NCBI GenBank assembly: GCA_043754515.1
Contig: JAYUUO010000306.1
Location: forward strand, 1-20,465
Reading direction: 5' to 3'
Origin: Armatimonadota bacterium
Lineage (GTDB): Bacteria; Armatimonadota; Armatimonadia; Armatimonadales; Armatimonadaceae
DNA length: 20,465 bases
A model generated the notes under the pieces. It was not told the DNA's origin, made no database searches, and was given only the letters and a program-made list of their open reading frames with translations. Made by a program: the position numbers and the translations under genes. This document shows, piece by piece, positions 16,213 through 20,465 of this stretch. Position 1 is the first letter of the stretch, and each line of letters begins with the position of its first letter.

Positions 16213-17535
16213 ATGAAGCGGGTGGCAGTCTTGGGCGGTGGTATCGCGGGCGTTGTGGTGGCGAATCAACTCGCGCAACGCGGCATCGGGGTAGATCTTT
16301 ACGAGAAAGATACCAGGCTCGGCGGGTTGCACCGCACGGTCGAGGCGGACGGTTTCTTGTTCGACATCGGGGCATTCCTCTATCCGCCCGACCACGAACT
16401 GTTCAAAAACTTCCCCTTTCTGTTACCACACTGCCCCCGAGCGTTACCGCGATTTATGGCACTCCGCCCGTCAGGGCAGGTGGATCATTACCCGATCAGC
16501 CTCGGCGGGTTCATCAAGGGCAACGGCCTCTGGACGCTGTGCCGCGCCGCCGTTGACATAGCAGTAGCCCGCTATCGTTACCGCAAGCGTGACAGTGTCC
16601 CGGCCTATGCGAAGTACTACATGGGCGACACGGTTTATGAGCGCACCGGGCTGAAACGCTACATCGAGCGTTTGTATCAGATCCCCGACTCCCAGGTCGG
16701 GATCGAATTTGCCGAACAGCGGCTCTCCGAACTCCAGTACCACACCCCGGCGCACCTGGTACGGCGGTTCTTCGTCGAGCAGCAGACCGCGCGGGAGCGC
16801 AAGCGTGTTCACGACGAGGGCGACCACCGCCCCTGGGTTCATGTGCGGCACGAGGACGGGTTCGACGCACAGTACGGTGCAATCGGCGACTACATCCGCG
16901 CACAGGGTGTCGGCGTCCATTTGGGGGCGAGCGTACAAAAAGTGGAGCGCGACGCGGATAACGGTTTCCTGCTCCGGGTTGCCGGAGCGGGCGAGCCGCG
17001 CCGCTACGAGCGCGTCGTGTCCACGATTCCGATCCCGGTCATGCTCCGTCTGATCGGCGAGACGCCGCGCGAGAATCTGGACCACGTGCACCTACTCTCG
17101 CTGTTTTATCGGGGCGGCTTGCAGACCGACGCGGCGTTCTTCTACAACTTTACTGAGAGCGGGCAGTGGAAGCGCATCACGAACTTCGCGACCCTGTACC
17201 CGGAGCAGTTCAAGGCACACGGCGAGGCGTGGCTGACGGTTGAGATAACGACACGGGACGCGTCGGAGGCGACTCTCGAAGGATTGCGAACCGACTTCGA
17301 GGCGCACGCGGCCCGGTTCGGGTTTCTGACGGGGCAACCGTGCTTCGTCGGGCAACAGGTCACGCCGTTCGCGTATCCGGTCTTCCACCGGGGCGACAGC
17401 GAGCGCGTGCAGAGCGAGCGCGAACGGTTGACCGCCTGGGGGATAGACTCGGTAGGGCGGCAGGGGCGTTTCGAGTACCTGTCCTCGCATCAGGCCGCGC
17501 TACAAGCGCGTGATCTCATCGAGCTTTCGGACTGA
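16213..17535 (+). CDS. FAD-dependent oxidoreductase (protoporphyrinogen oxidase / UDP-galactopyranose mutase-like)
   Basis: N-terminal VAVLGGGIAG...YEK..RLGG...FDIGA, VVSTIP, AYPVF, and C-terminal VGRQGRFEY. Confidence 0.8.
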   Translation: MKRVAVLGGGIAGVVVANQLAQRGIGVDLYEKDTRLGGLHRTVEADGFLFDIGAFLYPPDHELFKNFPFLLPHCPRALPRFMALRPSGQVDHYPISLGGFIKGNGLWTLCRAAVDIAVARYRYRKRDSVPAYAKYYMGDTVYERTGLKRYIERLYQIPDSQVGIEFAEQRLSELQYHTPAHLVRRFFVEQQTARERKRVHDEGDHRPWVHVRHEDGFDAQYGAIGDYIRAQGVGVHLGASVQKVERDADNGFLLRVAGAGEPRRYERVVSTIPIPVMLRLIGETPRENLDHVHLLSLFYRGGLQTDAAFFYNFTESGQWKRITNFATLYPEQFKAHGEAWLTVEITTRDASEATLEGLRTDFEAHAARFGFLTGQPCFVGQQVTPFAYPVFHRGDSERVQSERERLTAWGIDSVGRQGRFEYLSSHQAALQARDLIELSD

Positions 17536-17589
17536 CGGCACATGTCACCGCGATGCAGGGAAAGCACGAACGATAAGGAAAGTGGGTAG

Positions 17590-17967
17590 TCAGTTGCCGG
17601 TGACGACATGGCCATTGCCGTAATCACAGGTCGGCTCCTGGAGGCCGTCACCTATGAAGTAGACGCCGCCCGCGTTACACTTCGGCTCGAACTTGAGGTA
17701 GCCAGACCCATCAGAGGGATATAGATCAGTCGTGGTCATCACGGTGGACTGAGACTTGTTCTTGTCCATTAAGAATGCGTCTTTTGCCCATTCGATCTTG
17801 CGAAGGTTGGCCACGCACTGCTTGCGGCGTGCTTGCTCGCGTACCTTGACGAAGTTCGGGATCGCTATGACGAGCAGAATGCCTATTATGAGAATCACGA
17901 ACATGATCTCCACCAGGGTAAAACCGGAGATCTGGCGAAAGTATCTGGGGCAATTCGGGTTGTTCAT
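17590..17967 (-). CDS. Type IV pilin/pseudopilin-like protein (copy 3)
   Basis: Prepilin motif SG|FTLVEIMFVILIIGILLVIAIPNF with Glu at +5. Confidence 0.88.
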   Translation of the reverse strand: MNNPNCPRYFRQISGFTLVEIMFVILIIGILLVIAIPNFVKVREQARRKQCVANLRKIEWAKDAFLMDKNKSQSTVMTTTDLYPSDGSGYLKFEPKCNAGGVYFIGDGLQEPTCDYGNGHVVTGN

Positions 17968-18155
17968 CGGATTTGTTTCTGGGGAACAGTCGGTAGATTC
18001 TTGGATTGTGAACAGGTTGTGCCATGTTTAGATCCGGATCTTCTGTAATCTTTGGCAGTGGCGTACTTGAAGCTACATTCTGTCAATGACCAAGTGATCC
18101 CCGTGCTGTGCAGGATTCGGAAAAACTCCCTCAATAGAAAATCGCTCCGATGCGG

Positions 18156-18548
18156 CTAGTTGCCGACTGCCGTGTGGAAGTATTTCTGTGCCACATTGTT
18201 GTTAGCGCAGGTCGGGGCGGTGTTTATCGCGCCGTAGGTGTAGTCGGAGGGGTTGTTAGTGCTCGGGCAGGACGGTGCCACCCTTATGTAGGAAGAAGGC
18301 CCCACAAGATCGGTGGAGGACGGGACGACGCTGCTATTGCTGTACAGATTGTTGTCCATCGCGTACTGTTGCTTCGCCAGGTCTATTTGGGACAAGTTCG
18401 CCGAGCAGGACTTGGCGCGGGACTGCTCGCGCGCCTTGATGAAGTTCGGGATCGCGATCGCCAGTAGGATGCCGATGATGACAACGGTGATCATGATCTC
18501 GACTAACGTGAACGCACTCTTCGCGATCTTGGGGGAGAAGTTTTTCAT
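18156..18548 (-). CDS. Type IV pilin-like protein (copy 2)
   Basis: Prepilin motif KSA|FTLVEIMITVVIIGILLAIAIPNF. Confidence 0.9.
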   Translation of the reverse strand: MKNFSPKIAKSAFTLVEIMITVVIIGILLAIAIPNFIKAREQSRAKSCSANLSQIDLAKQQYAMDNNLYSNSSVVPSSTDLVGPSSYIRVAPSCPSTNNPSDYTYGAINTAPTCANNNVAQKYFHTAVGN

Positions 18549-19007
18549 GTGTGTTTAAGCTCGCGCGGTATCATTGTTTTGTCTTGAAGCGGCAACAATC
18601 TTCCGTCGTCTCGCGGACGCCCCCGGAGCCACCCGTCAACTGAAAAAACCCCTGCGTACTGTCGGACGCAGGGGGGGCCGTGAGGCGGAGCGATCCACCG
18701 ATGAGTTAACTTACGGTAGCCCGTTGACAGTGTGCGGGTAAGTGGTTGTGTTGTTCGCGCAGCTCGGGTTGACGTTAATTGTGCCGATGGCCGCGGTGTA
18801 CGTGTCGGTGTTGGTAGACGGGCACAGCGGGGAGGCTTTAATGTACGAGGACGGTCCGATCAACGCGGATAGGGTGACGGCACCACCGTCCTTGATGCCG
18901 CTGTCCATCGCGTAGAGTTGCTTGGCGGCGTCGATCTGCTTCAGGTTCTCCGAGCAGGACTTGGCGCGGGACTGCTCACGAGCCTTGATGAAGTTCGGGA
19001 TCGCGAT
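18401..19007. repeat. Direct repeat between pilin copies 2 and 1
   Basis: 18401-18458 and 18950-19007 are identical at 56/58 nt (offset 549 nt); similarity decays towards the 3' halves. Confidence 0.85.
18643..18674 (-). terminator. Rho-independent terminator after pilin copy 1
   Basis: Minus strand CCCCTGCGT-CCGACAGT-ACGCAGGGG followed by T6. Confidence 0.85.
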
Positions 19008-19097
19008 GGCGAGCAGGATGCCGATGATCAGGACTACGATCATGATCTCAACGAGCGTAAAGGCGCGCTTGGCGCTCTTCAGAGAAAGGTTCTTCAT
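18711..19097 (-). CDS. Type IV pilin-like protein (copy 1, likely major pilin)
   Basis: Prepilin motif KRA|FTLVEIMIVVLIIGILLAIAIPNF; GAAGGA upstream, AT-rich promoter region and its own terminator. Confidence 0.9.
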   Translation of the reverse strand: MKNLSLKSAKRAFTLVEIMIVVLIIGILLAIAIPNFIKAREQSRAKSCSENLKQIDAAKQLYAMDSGIKDGGAVTLSALIGPSSYIKASPLCPSTNTDTYTAAIGTINVNPSCANNTTTYPHTVNGLP

Positions 19098-19409
19098 GGG
19101 TTTAACAGGTTCCTTCGGGACTAGGAGGGGTTGGGCTTGTTTCCCGCCCCCTGGGTTTGTGATTTCTACACAATCATGTTGCCGCGTTGTTCATGCCTTT
19201 TCACTAACTTTTTTTTACAAACACATATTTTTTTTCGTACGCGTTCTCGGGGACATGTTCGTCGCGTCGGGCGGGGCGGGTAACGGTCTCCGACACCAGG
19301 GTACGCGAGGGAGCCGGGGCTTCTCGGAGCACGTGGAGGATTCGACCGAGGACGGCGCGAAATAGAGCCTGTGTCTTAGATCTCATACATATCAGTAAAG
19401 GGTTGAACC

Positions 19410-20432
19410 ATGATTCTTATCTCACGTCGCCGGGTGCTGACCGCACTAGTATCGCTCACGTTCGTCGCTGGTGCCGCCGTTTCCGCGTCCGCCCGCCCTA
19501 TTAATCGCGTCGTCGCCTTCGGGGACAGCCTATCCGATAACGGCAACCTGTCCGCCCTGACCGGGGGCCAGTTCCCGTCTATAAAAGACACGGGCGGCAA
19601 ACCGGCGTATGCCGCCGGTCGCCTGACCAACGGCCCCGTGTGGGTCGAAGGTCTCGCCTCCGCGCTCGGCGTCCCACTCGACGACAGGGCGTTCGCCGGT
19701 GCGCTCACTAACACGCAAAACACCGCCAACCCTGTTCTTACGTCGCTCGGCCTCGGCGCGAACGCGCTGGGAATGCAGACGCAGGTCTCCAGCTATCTGA
19801 CGGCCAACCCGTCCGTAAACGCGACCAGCCTGTTCGTGCTCTGGGGCGGCGCGAACGACTACTTTACTGGAAGCACTGGCAACCCGGTCGCGAACCTTTC
19901 CGGCGAGATCAACTCGCTGGCGACAGCCGGGGCAACCCAGTTCCTCGTGCTGAACCTGCCCGACCTCGGTAGCACGCCGGGCGGCTTCGCGAGCGGGAAT
20001 GGCGCGGCATTGAACACCGCTACCGCGCTCCATAACGCCGGTCTGAACACCGCGCTCGGCGCGATCCGCCAGGCGCGGCCGACGGTGGACGTCAAACTCC
20101 TCGATATAAACGCGCTCTATAAACAGGTCATTGCTAACCCTGCCGGGTTCGGCCTCGCTAACGTCGCCACGCCGTATGTACAAAGCGGCTCGATTCCTGG
20201 CGTCGGGCTGACGCAAGGCTACAACCCGACCATCGTGGACCCGAAGCAGAACGCCAACGGCTATCTGTACTACGACGAGATTCATCCCACCGCCGCGACA
20301 CACAACCTGATCGCGCAACGGGCACTCGCGACGGTTGTGCCCGAAGGCGGCACGGCTGGTTTGCTCGGATTCGGCGGGCCGCTACTCGGAATGGGCACAC
20401 TCGTGCGCCGCCGACGCAAGGCGGCCGCATAA
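19410..20432 (+). CDS. GDSL/SGNH-family esterase/lipase with signal peptide and PEP-CTERM-like sorting signal
   Basis: FGDSLSD (block I), GRLTNGPVW, WGGANDY (block III), DEIHPT (block V). N-terminal signal peptide ending ASA; C-terminal VPEGGT, hydrophobic stretch, RRRRK. Confidence 0.92.
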   Translation: MILISRRRVLTALVSLTFVAGAAVSASARPINRVVAFGDSLSDNGNLSALTGGQFPSIKDTGGKPAYAAGRLTNGPVWVEGLASALGVPLDDRAFAGALTNTQNTANPVLTSLGLGANALGMQTQVSSYLTANPSVNATSLFVLWGGANDYFTGSTGNPVANLSGEINSLATAGATQFLVLNLPDLGSTPGGFASGNGAALNTATALHNAGLNTALGAIRQARPTVDVKLLDINALYKQVIANPAGFGLANVATPYVQSGSIPGVGLTQGYNPTIVDPKQNANGYLYYDEIHPTAATHNLIAQRALATVVPEGGTAGLLGFGGPLLGMGTLVRRRRKAAA

Positions 20433-20465
20433 AGTCACCGAATCGTCGGGCGAGGCCGTCATCGG

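Noticed and set aside
17590..19097. Pilin repeats as a CRISPR array or a diversity-generating retroelement TR/VR pair
   Set aside because: The repeats are coding paralogue segments, differences are not adenine-specific, and no cas or reverse transcriptase gene is in the window.
19184..19198. sigma54-like GG-N10-GC (AGGCATGAACAACGC) upstream of pilin copy 1
   Set aside because: Spacing fits, but the conserved T before GG and TT before GC are missing; too weak to call.
19098..19409. c-di-GMP or other riboswitch upstream of the pilin gene
   Set aside because: No recognisable riboswitch consensus by eye; an Rfam scan would be needed.

Overview
GC-rich bacterial chromosomal window. PEP-CTERM sorting, N-methyl-type pilins and a giant secreted GH2 suggest an Armatimonadota/PVC-like organism (inference only). 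Left to right: the start of a PolA-type 5'-3' exonuclease gene running off the left edge and missed by the ORF track; three tandem CgeB-family glycosyltransferases, each with a lesion (5' truncation, 4-aa deletion, ~38-aa structured insertion); a membrane protein; a GntR/LacI-hybrid regulator, a ~1730-aa secreted GH2 glycosidase and a ChbG/YdjC deacetylase under a near-consensus sigma70 promoter with a palindromic operator; a PD-(D/E)XK-like protein; a small hypothetical; aldehyde dehydrogenase plus DUF779; a stand-alone gltD; an FAD oxidoreductase; three tandem type IV pilin-like genes; and a GDSL/SGNH hydrolase with a PEP-CTERM tail. Most notable: (i) the pilin triplet, which conserves a Cys-Cys-Cys-His (putative Zn) site, has near-identical 5' DNA with variable 3' halves in two copies, and has a terminator after the first copy; (ii) several palindromic REP/RPE-like elements lying in frame inside coding sequences; (iii) the damaged CgeB operon with an abrupt junction and its coupling to a 5'-3' exonuclease. 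No rRNA, tRNA, CRISPR array or transposase was seen.
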